Assembly: GCA_010405405.1 (NCBI GenBank)
Contig: MU004237.1
Coordinates: forward strand, 2,243,345-2,307,344
Reading direction: 5' to 3'
Length of the DNA stretch: 64,000 bases
Source: Microthyrium microscopicum
Lineage: Eukaryota
Part shown: one piece after another, positions 1-11,177 of the stretch
How the letters are laid out: every line of letters starts with the position of its first letter
How positions within the stretch are numbered: the first letter of the stretch is position 1
Made by a program: the position numbers and the translations under genes
The notes under the pieces: generated by a model
The model's database searches: none
The model's input: the letters and a program-made list of their open reading frames with translations, nothing else
Told to the model about the DNA's origin: nothing

Positions 1-415
1 GACGGCTGGTGTTTTGAATTTCCGCGATATTGTCAACATCCGTGGCACATATAATCTGGAAGATTGGGAGAAAGCGCTGGAATTGGCAGCAAACTCTGGC
101 AAGCTTGGTGAATTGGTCGTGTTCTCTCCGTAATAAGGATCATATAGGCATGTATACTCTGTATCTGAGAGGGTAAATACATAAATGTAGAAGCGAACCA
201 TAGGATGCTCTGAATGGATGCTTTGTGTGTCAATCATACAATAGTGAGGAGCGTAGTGAACAGGTGATCCGCTGGGCGCCCATGCATTTGAAGGTTGAAC
301 GCAGGGTGTCATCTAATAGCGTTATATATTTCTAGCTTGGTGAGGTGGATTCTTGGCATCATCAATTGCTCGTGGTGATAGAGATGATTGCTATGCTAAT
401 ATAGGCTGTGTATAT

Positions 416-2008
416 CTAAGAGTCGTACAGGTAGTCGACCTCATATTCCAGCCCTGGACCAAATACGACTACTTCCTTCTTGTCATTTTTACATATGGCC
501 GAGAAGTTTTCGGCGTGGATGGACACCGAAGCAGTAATCGCGTGGTTGCGAAGCATTGCACAGAACTGTTTCAATGCTTGTCGTTGTCTGACCTTTTCCT
601 CATCTCCATGAAGCCAGAGAAAGCTTCCCCTTCCACAGTCTTGGAAGCTAATTTTCAGCTGGAGGGTTTCAAGGTTGAAATGTTTGCGGATTAAAGCAAA
701 TAGTGATAGAACGCTCGGCCAATCCTCCTTGGTGAGAGTTTGCTTTAGAACAGATCTCTCGTGACATAGATACCTCGATGTCCCGGTGGTTCCTGGAAGG
801 CCGATAAAATTGAGATGGAGCTTTTTGATAGAATAAAGCCCCTGGGAAGGGATTGCACCAATTTCGTTACAGATATCCGCTGCGGAACCAGACGCTTCGA
901 ACGAATTTTGCCCGTAAAAGATATGAAGAGCCTCGTCTCTTGTTATTGTATTGACTGCGAAAAGTGGCGAAGTACGAAGAAGATTACACCTACAGCTGCT
1001 CGAGTATATAGGGTGAATGCTGTCGCAGAAACATAGACTTTGTGTAGGGAACCGCTGATGTATCATTCCTCCACAGTGTCCGCAGCAATTTTTGATATCT
1101 TGGATCCTTCCGCAAAGGGGTAGTGGGATGTTTTTGCCATTACAATCAGCAAGACCGGCATGTGATAGAATCTTTGCCCAGATTTCGGGGGGGATATAAC
1201 GCAATGATGGTGAGCTTGCAGCTCTTTGGTACGGTTTTGAAACTAAGGCGCGACCAGACGCGGAGAGGATATTTTTTATTATGGCAACATGCGCCGCGTC
1301 ACCGTTGTTAGCCATGGGTCCAAGGCTCCAGGGAATTCCTGAAACTAGATTGTAGCAGCTTTCGAAGACTTTGGTGAAATTGACTGAAAATCTTACTGCT
1401 CCAAGGGGTGGTAAAGAGACTGCAGCTACAGCTGCTAACAGTTCGTTCACTTCGTCCAAACTCTGCACAGCCGTAAAGGCGAAGGTAATTTCGACCTCAT
1501 TGTGGCGATTATGTGAGTGATTCGAGTGAAGGAGCTTCGAAAGTGTTGCGCAGGTCTCCTTGAAGGACGAGAGCCTGTCCTGGAAATCCCCTGGTTCACG
1601 GGACTGAGAGAATGTATCATTACTAAGCTCTATTTCTAGTATTCGTAGATAGCTCCAGACGATAGACGGCAAAGTCTTGATCGTATTTACAGTCTTCCAT
1701 GAGGCATGCATCCGAAATCTGTTCTCGCTGTAGAAGATCTGCAGTGTCTCCATGTACAGTGTTTTGCATGTAACGAGTAGCGCTCCTGGAAAGGAAACAT
1801 AGTCTGGCGCGTCAGGGTACTCTCTATATCCAGTCATGTCGTCGTAACTGGAAACCTCCGGACTGAAGTGGTAATTGTGCGACACTTCCAGGTTTATGCA
1901 TGCGAGCTTGAGGGGATATCCACGGACTAGGCCAGTAAGACGCAGTATGGACAATCGGAGTTCCTTGGGAAGGCCAAGCAGCCCAGCAAAGGGTGTGGGC
2001 AATGACAT
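416..2008 (-). CDS. Fungal F-box-like protein with two tandem modules and a Cys-rich insert
   Basis: Intronless ~530-aa ORF, ATG at 2008. Two F-box-like starts (LLGLPKELRLSILRL; LRYIPPEIWAKILSH). Each is followed later by a matching motif (LLVTCKTLYMETLQIFYSENRF; LFAVNTITRDEALHIFYGQNSF). Confidence 0.7.
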   Translation of the reverse strand: MSLPTPFAGLLGLPKELRLSILRLTGLVRGYPLKLACINLEVSHNYHFSPEVSSYDDMTGYREYPDAPDYVSFPGALLVTCKTLYMETLQIFYSENRFRMHASWKTVNTIKTLPSIVWSYLRILEIELSNDTFSQSREPGDFQDRLSSFKETCATLSKLLHSNHSHNRHNEVEITFAFTAVQSLDEVNELLAAVAAVSLPPLGAVRFSVNFTKVFESCYNLVSGIPWSLGPMANNGDAAHVAIIKNILSASGRALVSKPYQRAASSPSLRYIPPEIWAKILSHAGLADCNGKNIPLPLCGRIQDIKNCCGHCGGMIHQRFPTQSLCFCDSIHPIYSSSCRCNLLRTSPLFAVNTITRDEALHIFYGQNSFEASGSAADICNEIGAIPSQGLYSIKKLHLNFIGLPGTTGTSRYLCHERSVLKQTLTKEDWPSVLSLFALIRKHFNLETLQLKISFQDCGRGSFLWLHGDEEKVRQRQALKQFCAMLRNHAITASVSIHAENFSAICKNDKKEVVVFGPGLEYEVDYLYDS

Positions 2009-2725
2009 CAATGTTCAAGGTGCTGTGGTACCGTGTGGGAAACCACGAAATTTTCAAAATCGAGGTGCACGTAAGGTGATGGAGGGTCTTCCGGCGGATA
2101 TAGAAAGCGAATCGTCGGACGTGTTGATCTGAATTTGGAAGTTGCTGCGGTGCGGGAGGAGTAGTAATACAGGCCAGGGACTACCAGAGACAATGGCGCA
2201 GGATTTATAAATGGGCGGACACTGGAAACTTGGAAACTTTAAGGAAAATCGTACCATACTCCGTAGAGTCAGCTAAGCGTGGCGATGAACCATGGTAATA
2301 CCAGGACCTGGGTCAGGTAACCTCAGCCAGCGGATTCTTCTGGATTGGGTTGCGAGAGCACTGGACGACAATTACCAGCGTAATATTGTGGCAGACTCTG
2401 AACTTGCATGAACCGGTCAATTTGTTGGATCTAAAGTAGGTAAAGCAGCTCCGGCAGCCTTGTTGGAGTAGAACATACAGAGCGTCAAGATCTCAAGAAG
2501 AGCGGATAGACTCACAGGTGCAGCCGCAAAATGTTTGGAAAGCCAATTCAAATGTAGCTCGGACACCTTGTTTATTCATCCACACGAAGTTAGGCTGATC
2601 ATTATCCATACCTCTACCTGATGAAAAATCATCACAAACCAAAACGACACCCGCTATGCTATGATAACCGCTCAGTAGGCATGAGATTGAGAATTACTTA
2701 TGTTCATATGATTCGTAAGTTTGTT

Positions 2726-4069
2726 TCAGAGACGAAAAATGCCCAGTCTAGGGCCAGCTGTACGAGAGTTGGTGGTTATTGAACTTCCCAAAGTCGACGT
2801 GCGGCGATCGATTATGCTGTTTGGATCTCGACGGGATTGAGGTGGAAGGAAGTTTTCCCATTCGAGCCAAGGCATCTCGAAAGCTTCGTTGAATGGATCG
2901 TCTCTAGGTTCGTGAACTATTGGCGGTTCGAGTGGATTGATGAGGCGTGGGAGACTTTTGGCTGCGAATATGTTCTGGCGCATGAGGTGTTTCTGCATGA
3001 CTATTGGCGGTGTAAGTGAATTTGTACGTCGGCGTTTAGGCGGTGGCTCTGGGGCTTGAGTGATTGTGCTTGATATAGATGTAGAGATGTAAGAGGGATG
3101 TGTATGTGTGATGGTTGTGGTTTGAGTATTGTCAGATATGGTAGTTGTGGTGATAGATTGTCTTGAGTGTTGCGGATCAGGTGGAAGCATAGCATAGCGC
3201 TTGCGTGATAGTCTCTTGGAAGATTCGGAAGTGGGAGATTTGGACATGACTGGGATCGAATCAAGAGAAATGTCGATGTTGGAAACACCAAGACCATTGA
3301 CGGCGTAATCTTGGGCAGAGGTTGATTGATGAATAGAGGTTGTGAGAGCAGCGGGCGTATGTAACACACCCTCCATTGGATCTCCTTCTATTGATTGTCG
3401 AGTGTTTTCAGTTCCAGTCGTTGGCTGCTCATCTTCTACAATATCTCTTCTCTTCTTGCCACGGCCGATTACTTTTCCTGTAATCTCGCCTTGTTCTCCA
3501 ACTACGCGCTGCTTGGCTTCATCTACCGCAGCTTTTAGGGTCGGAGGCGTCAAGGCATACATTCTCGTCCACATGGCAGCTCGCTTTTCGAAATGTCCGT
3601 ACTCTTCTTCCATCAGCTTTCCTGCCTCACCATTCAATGCGCTGGCTGGATTCGGACAGACAAGTAAGCAACTGATAGTCACAAGAACATCGCGCAAGGT
3701 TAGTTCGGGTGTCCAATCGCGCTTCAAGGTGTCTACACAGACTGCGCCTGTGGTGGGATCAACGTTTGGGTGAAATATCTTGGTTCGAAAGGTAGCAGTT
3801 GGAGCTTTGGCGGGATATGCGCCCGGTTCCATGTGAAGTGTGAGGCGGAAGACACCAGAAGAATAAGGAGTATTATCTGGCCCAGCAAGGAGAACGGAAA
3901 GGACGGTCATATCGGAGGACTCATTCGAATTAGGCGGGAAGAGGTAGTTTGGAGGAAGTCCATGCTTGTGTAGATAGCCATGGTCATTGGCAAGCCGACG
4001 CATGGCTTTTGCCGCCTGTAGACGTGGTTAGAACCTTGCAGTATGGGTGAGGAGTGAATGGCTTACCAT
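2726..4069 (-). CDS. UBE2S: Ubiquitin-conjugating enzyme E2 S-like with long disordered C-terminal extension
   Basis: UBC core (GPDNTPYSSGVF, FRTKIFHPNVD, catalytic AVCVDTLKRDW, PNPASALN). The C-terminus ends in basic-RL like UBE2S. Likely ATG-only first coding exon at 4069-4067, then intron 4066-4016 (GTAAGC..TTCTAAC..TACAG), giving MAAKAMRRLA. Confidence 0.85.
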
Positions 4070-4107
4070 GGTGAGAGCAGGACGAGGAGGATCTACAAGA
4101 TAGGTAT

Positions 4108-4263
4108 GCGACGCGAAGGTTTGGGATATGTGATGGTGGATCAATGTTGGTGTTGAGACTCAAATCAACATCCCAAAGAGGAAGTGTAATGGGCTTGGCG
4201 CGCGCCACCGAAAACAGAAAGCACGACGGTTGCCCCACGCGTTTGATGCCTACGCGACGCGTC
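4108..4263. promoter_or_regulatory. Bidirectional promoter with clustered MCB-like (ACGCG) elements
   Basis: ACGCGA at 4111 and 4252, ACGCGT at 4237 and 4257, GGCGCGCGCC at 4197. All lie in the ~370-bp gap between the divergent UBE2S and TBCE starts. Confidence 0.55.
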
Positions 4264-4437
4264 GAACTTCCCATGTTTTCATTGGTTAAGATAGAAGCTC
4301 GATACAGCAGGTACAGCCGCAAGGCTGCTGCCTCTAACTTCAACTCTACAATTACCGTAGAAAACTCCAAATGTTCAACAACAGAAGTGTTTCATCTGAT
4401 TTCACAAATTTGTCTGGTTAATTTATATGAAGATGCC

Positions 4438-6395
4438 ATGTTTGTCGGAAAACGTCTTTCATACGAGCGCAACCTCTGTACGGTGAGGTACATTGGCCCT
4501 GTTGCTGGGACCAAAGGTGAATGGTTAGGCGTCGAATGGGATGATCCAACAAGAGGAAAACATTCTGGACAAGCTGGTGGTGTCAGGTATTTCAAGTGTA
4601 GGCGGAAACCTTCTATCATCTTTGCCCGAAGATGCCAATCAGTTTGTAGGTGCAAGCAACCATTCGACGGCAGGGTCTTTTCTTCGTCCCAATAGACCAA
4701 GCGACACACCAAGGACATTCATTGAAGCTCTGAATGCCAAATATGCAGCCATAATCGATCCATCCAGCAATGTTAGTGTCAGAATCAGTGGCAAAGAAGT
4801 TCAAGAAGTGGGCTTTGCAAAAATTAACCAGCAAATTTCCATTCTCAGCGAATTGCGAATTGTTCTAGTCGATGGACTTTCGGTATCGCAGCCTGTCGGC
4901 GAAGAAATACATGAACATTGGGCAGAGTATGCGAGTAGCGAAGAATTACAGCAAAACCCTGTATCTGCTCTGATCACCCAGACATGCCCAAGAATCACCG
5001 AATTAGACCTCAGTCGTAACTTGTTCCAAGGTTTTGATGAAGTAGCCTTGATTTGTCAAAGCTTACCGCGATTGACTGCGCTGAGACTTGAGTAAGACTA
5101 ACTTCTATTATGATTTAGTCATTTCTAACTGGATCTGTAGTGGAAATCGCTTTTCAGATCTATCATTTGTCACTGATCTGATAGCAGTTGCACAATCATC
5201 ATTTGGCAGAGTAGATACATTGAGCTTGGAGGAAACGCTTCTATCTTGCGAACAGGTCTTTATATGCTATGTTTCAAAGGGTATCAGTACTGACATATGC
5301 TAGATCATAGAAATCTGCCGATGCTTCAAGAAACTGGTGTCTTTGAATCTCAGTACCAATCAGCTGCGAAGCATCAATCGTTTTACAAATGGACGAGGCC
5401 TTCCGAATACCCTCACTTTTCTCAATCTTTCTGCCAATGTATTCACTGCAATATCAGACTTCCGGGCCCTGACAACTCTCACCAATTTGCAAGCTTTGTC
5501 AGTCAACCATGGCATGATTCGCAAAGTGATAGGTACTGAATCATCGGACTTCAAGTTCCCAACCTCTTTGTCTCGTTTGGAACTGGCGTACAATGAGATT
5601 GATTCGTGGTCCTTTGTCGACACATTACCTTCCGTGTTCCCTGGACTGCAGTCATTTCGAATATCACACAATCCACTATTCCAATCGCTCCAGACACTGG
5701 ATGGACGACCTATGAGTAATGAACGAGGATATATGCTGACTATAGCGCGAATGGGAAATTTGAAGGCTCTAAATTTCTCTAATGTTGGTTCATTTGTGGC
5801 ATTTCGAATCTTCAACTGACGAATACAGATTGCCGAGAAAGATCGCTTAGATGCTGAAGCCTACTATCTGGGACAGATCATCCAAGAAGTTCAGCTAAAC
5901 CCTAGCGACAAAGAGGCTGAAATTCTAGCAACACATCCTCGATATGCCGAACTCTGTGAAATATATGGAACACCAGATATTCGGAGACCAAAAGACAACA
6001 TCAATCCAAACTCCTTGGCTGCAAGTCTCATGACACTGCAAATCAGCTGTGAGGACGAACATGGCAAACCATGGCCAGTCAATCCAGCAAAACACGACTT
6101 CAAAATAGAGGTCCCAAAACGATTTTCCATCTACAGCGTGATAGGAGTTGTTAGCAAGCGGCTCGATGTTCTTGGGAATCAAGTTCAATTGTTTTGGAAA
6201 ACCGGCGAATGGCAATTCGCGCGTGACCGAAACGAAGTCAAAAGTCTACCATGGGATTCGGATGATAGCGACGACGAAGAAGAAAACGTGCAGCAAAGAG
6301 TGCTGGAAGAAGTGTTCTTGAAGCCATCGACCAGAAGCATTGGAAATCTTATCGATGGAACAAATATTCAAATTCGAGCCAAATGTCTGATTTGA
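4438..6395 (+). CDS. TBCE: Tubulin-specific chaperone E (CAP-Gly + leucine-rich repeats), about 5 exons
   Basis: CAP-Gly motif TVRYIGPVAGTKGEWLGVEWDDPTRGKHSG. LRRs ITELDLSRNLF, LNLSTNQL, LELAYNEI, FRISHNPL. GT-AG introns near 4598-4649, 5092-5140, 5255-5305 and 5783-5829. Confidence 0.9.
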
Positions 6396-7372
6396 GGCTC
6401 TAAACACACCGCATCAGGATTGAAACCAACAACCATCACGATTTCTAGAGGACTTTTGATGTTTGACACGATCCTTTATCTCTTTTTGGTATTCTCTGAA
6501 AGATCAAAATGCTCCTCTCGTCATTTCGGCATTTCAACTTGAACGATAGAGGTGCATTTCGGACATAGCAGATTGCCACCCCTGAGGTGTTATACAGGTG
6601 CCATCAGGCTGGAGTTCCTTACGAGGATTTTCGCTCTCAGATGCCTTCTAACATTATGAGGTAGTGTTTTCTGGCTCTTTGCTGACTGGCAATCGGTCGG
6701 GGCGCATGATCTTGCTTCAAGGCGGTCAGCAAGCAGTGATCCGAACTGCTTGTCCACAGATCAACAAGGGCCTAGATAATGTCAAATTCTATAAGTATTC
6801 AGTATGCATTCACTGTTCGATCTAACCATCTGTGGATAGTAATGCAGAGCTGTCAAACTAATCTCGGTAGTCTCAAAACGCCAAACATTCACCCAACGAC
6901 CTCATCGAGCATGATAAACAAATCGGGATCCATGCGGTAACAACGTGGGCATCATGACTTCCTCAACCGTTAAAGTTTCAGGTCTACGCGCGAGTTCATT
7001 GCAGCTCTTCCAGTCATGCGGCCATGCGCTAAGGCCGATTTAGAGCTCATTTGGTGCGTGATGAAGCTGGCTTGTTACTGGGAGGCACATATTCAACCTC
7101 AGTCAGTTCACAAAGCAACCTCAATCGGCTCATTTTTTGGCCTTGAGCAGTTCGCCAGTCACCTCTCTCGAGGTCATGTCAGATCGATTTTTCACTGCTG
7201 CTAACCTCGAAGTTACTGGTCCTTCGCTACGAATTGTATATAATCTTTTGCTACTTGAGCCTTCCAATCTTCTTCTTCAACATTCAACCAACTATTATAC
7301 CAGCTCTTACATCTTCAGACTTCTCGATCAACATCGCAATTTTAGCTTCTTTGCCTTATTTCCAACCCCATC

Positions 7373-8585
7373 ATGCTCTTCACAACCATCTTTTTAGCCG
7401 GAGCTAGGTGCGCATACGCCCTACCAAATGCGCAATTACCACCCATCGCGTCGCCAATGGTACCAACAGCACCACCAGCGCCCGCTGCTGGGAAAGTCGC
7501 TTTTGCTGGGATGAACATCGCCGGCTTCGACTTTGGCATTGATACCATGGGGAATGCCAATCTCGCCAGTATATACGATGTTGCCTCAAAAGGCTCTGGC
7601 ATCATGCAAATGGCGCATTTCGTGAAGGACGATGGATTGAATGCCTTCCGTCTACCAGTTTCGTGGCAATACCTCGTTAACAACAACTTGGGTGGCCCAT
7701 TGAACCCCACAAATTTTGCCGCGTATGACAAGCTGGTCCAAGGATGCAAGGCCAGCGGAGCGAAAATGTGTATCGTGGATATGTAAGTCTAGACTGTTGA
7801 GTTATATATGACCATCGCTAACTAATATCAGACACAATTATGCCCGATACAACGGCAAAGTCATTGCTCAAGAGGCTGGTGGTCCAACGAACGAGCAGTA
7901 TACCAGCCTCTTGTCCCAGCTAGCCATGAAATACAAAGGGAACATGCAAGTAGCTTTTGATATCATGAACGAGCCACACGACCTTCCCAATTTCCAGACA
8001 TGGGTGGGAACTTGTCAAGCGGCCGTTACTGCCATTCGAAATGCCGGCGCTAAAAATGTGATACTGCTACCTGGAACGGACTATGCGTCTGCAACGACCT
8101 TTGCAATGAAGTCTGGCCCAGCTCTCTTGAGCGTGAAGAATCCCGATGGTAGCGCTGATGGGCTCATATTTAACGTTCATCAGTATCTGGACTGGAATAG
8201 CAGTGGGCAAAATGTCCAATGTGTCAAGAACAACATCGACTTAGCTTTTGCTCCCCTCGCTGCTTTCCTAAGACAAAATAGACGACAGGCGATGGTGACG
8301 GAGACTGGTGGGTCGGCAGACCCTTCCTGCCTGGCATTGCTCTGCCAACAGAATGACTTCATCAAGTAAGCTTTTTCATACTGCGATCAAACTGAGTACT
8401 AATATCTGTCTAGCCAGAATTCAGACGTTATAATCGGTGTCGTCTCCTGGGCCGCTGGAGGATTCGACCAGTCCTACGTATTGACCGAAACACCGATCGG
8501 AAACCCTGACGGCTCATGGACTGATCAACCGATCGTCCAGCAGTGTATCGTCCAGCGATTTCGGGGAGTCACAGGGCAGCCGTGA
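7373..8585 (+). CDS. Secreted GH5 endo-beta-1,4-glucanase (GH5_5/EGII-like), no CBM1
   Basis: Signal peptide, AGMNIAGFDFG, FRLPVSWQYL, spliced IHNYARYNG, acid/base MNEPHD, nucleophile VTETGG, last exon SWAAGGFDQSYVLTETP. Introns 7783-7831 and ~8366-8413; stop TGA at 8583-8585. Confidence 0.92.
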
Positions 8586-8932
8586 TGGTTCTACCAAGCG
8601 ATGATTTGATGATTGATAATTGAAGAACAACTGTATTTTTATATTTCGGGAGAGCACTTTATAATAGAGCAAATTACGAACCTACAACACTCTTGGATCC
8701 TCGTGTATCTGAAACAATTTGCTACGTATAATCCAGAAGGTATGACAGGTTTGACAAGTCTGCTGCATCTCCCATACTCCATTACCCGACAAATTCAGAT
8801 AAAATGAGAACACTGCAAGTAGCTAGATATAGAAGACCATACTAGGAACCAGCAATCTCACAAGAGTACAACGCCAAGCGCCATATTTAGACACAAAGGT
8901 AAACGAAGAGCCTCTCATTCTTATTTTGAATT

Positions 8933-9765
8933 TTACACCAGTTCAGGATTTGGTCGATTGTAGTCTGGGTCCATGTCATGTATGTAAAGCTCCTTGGTGC
9001 TGTAAGTCTTGGGTGTCCATCGAGCTTCGCCATTGATGTACTGGTAGCACGTAAGGATATCGCTAAGGCAGTCAAGCATACCAATATCACCGCTCATTCT
9101 AAGCATCAAACAGTCCTCCTCCTCGAGATTGTCGGCAGGATTGTCGCCATATTCGTGGAGCCGCCAATAGTGCTCTCCAAAAGAATAGTAAACCTCCACT
9201 TGCTTACAGCCATCCTTCCTAATTACGCACGACCTTTCGGTGTCGTTAATCCACCGGCTTGTTTCCGGGGTAGTCATTTCCTCCAAAATGCTGAGATGAC
9301 CGCACGACCATATCACTCCTATCAGTTCTTTGGTAAGAAGGTCACCAATATCACGTATGATGTGTTGTTTTGGCACGTCAGGCATGGTGAGATCGAGAGA
9401 ACCTTTGACCATAGGCCAGAATTTTGGCGGTACGTCCGCGAAACCGAGAACCTTCGCAAACTCGAGGACAAAAGTGTAATAGTCGCTACTGTGAACCTCG
9501 ATTGTCCAGTTAGGTTCTTTGATGATCCTGTCAAATAAACCTTCGGATTCCTGACGAATGGTTTTGCAAGTTACGAATAGTTTCTTAGCTTGTTCGATGA
9601 GTTGACCATACGACTCGGGACGAAGAGCACAGAGACCAACATCATCCTGCTTAGATAGATCATCTCGACATACGCGGAAGTAAGCTTCGTAAATCATCAT
9701 ACGAATTTTCCCGGAAGAGTAAGCAATTGTGGCGAGGTTCTCGTTGTGCGGTTGTTTGCAGACAT
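8933..9765 (-). pseudogene. F-box-like protein with a -1 frame break in its N-terminal motif (pseudogene, assembly error or recoded gene)
   Basis: ATG at 9765 reads MSANNRTTRTSPQLLTLPGKFV-stop. The -1 frame continues KIRMMIYEAYF to 8933. Joined, LLTLPG(K)IRMMIYE matches the neighbour's LLSLPAEIRLHIFN. Confidence 0.65.
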
Positions 9766-10056
9766 ATTTGTATCTCTCCGTAGCGGGGAACAAAAGGAAC
9801 AGATTTAGCATCGTTTTGTTGAGCGCGAAACCATGGTAGATGAAAGGTGAAGAAATAACGAGGCCATGGCCTTTAAATGATAAAAAGCCTTGAAATTTAA
9901 CTGATGGGTTTTGCTAAAGCTTATCGTCATCTGATTTGTCGACATGACCTACAAGAGGCGAGCACGGAAATGCAATCAACGCACTATTTGAAAGAATCCA
10001 ATCCTCACAGGAGGTAAACAGGTCATCTGCAGTGAGCATTTATTTGACTATCAATT

Positions 10057-10710
10057 TCATTCCCGAGTCTCTAGAGCGAGAATTTGGTTGAAACAGCGGA
10101 ATTCGACCAGATCCGTGAATTCAAGAAAGATATAGTCCCAAGGAATTATGTTGGAGGGTCTAATTTTGAACTCCATCCACGTATCATAGATCCCATTGTG
10201 AGCCATCTCAATGCTGTTAACAAATTCTCCTGGTTTCTCATCCCAAACTTCCGATGCATTTGATTCCATGTCCAGGCAGTCCAAAAAGCCTGTATCTCTA
10301 GCTATGATATCCATAAGCTCTTCGATTGGAAAAACAGGTTGCCTCCAAGGGGCATTGTGGAGAGTCAAGGAGCCTCGTATGTGGAGGCGCTTTGCGCGAA
10401 GGATAGGCCGGAGTGCTAACTGGAAAGTGTTCAAGTCCTCGAATTCTGAAAAGAATATCCAATGCCCAGAACGGATCATGCGACAGAATAGGCTTCTTGA
10501 CTCGGCGTATGTTTGACGACACACGAGGAATAAGTTTTTGGCTTGTTCAAAAGTGTCCAATATATCGTGAGCGTAAAGGTCATCCATAGCCATTTGCTCT
10601 TGCAAGCCCTCCGAATAGTATAAACCACATGAGTGGAGATAGTAGTTGAAAATGTGTAGTCGGATTTCAGCAGGCAGGCTTAGGAGGGTTGTTCGAGAAC
10701 GAGACTCCAT
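10057..10710 (-). CDS. F-box-like hypothetical protein, tandem paralog of 8933-9765
   Basis: Starts MESRSRTTLLSLPAEIRLHIFNYY. Shares EQAKNLFLVCRQTYAESRSLF..W and RGSLTL with the neighbour's EQAKKLFVTCKTIRQESEGLF..W and KGSLDL. Confidence 0.7.
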   Translation of the reverse strand: MESRSRTTLLSLPAEIRLHIFNYYLHSCGLYYSEGLQEQMAMDDLYAHDILDTFEQAKNLFLVCRQTYAESRSLFCRMIRSGHWIFFSEFEDLNTFQLALRPILRAKRLHIRGSLTLHNAPWRQPVFPIEELMDIIARDTGFLDCLDMESNASEVWDEKPGEFVNSIEMAHNGIYDTWMEFKIRPSNIIPWDYIFLEFTDLVEFRCFNQILALETRE

Positions 10711-11177
10711 CTTGATGAGAGACGAGTGTTGATAGTTCTGTTGACGCTTGCGCGGGAAAAGAGGAATGTCGTCAAAGGACAGCAGATTGAGATGGTAATT
10801 TGATAAACTTTGTAGAGAAATGGAAAGGGATGTTGTTAAGTTTTTAGGGGAAGAAGGAAGCATTGGAAGGAAATGCCACGGTTGACAAAGAAGGGTTAGC
10901 GGCTGTCTGGTACTTAATCAATATCTTCCCTCTTCGGTCCCTGCTTCACCATCATGACATTATCGTATGGATATCCGGGCTCTCGAGGGACAAATTAAGT
11001 GAGCCGAACGACTACCCTAACTCCCATCGTCCCTCAAGAGCCAGGTCATTGCGAGCTGACAAACAATCAAGTTTCATTCGCAGTGGGTCTTATGGTTCAA
11101 TACATTCTTCAAACCTCGACTCACATCGTCCAGCCATTATATATCGACAAATACCCGCAGGTGTGTAGAGAGCATCT

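Noticed and set aside
1..240. Open minus-strand frame running off the left edge
   Set aside because: Too short and motif-free to support a call.
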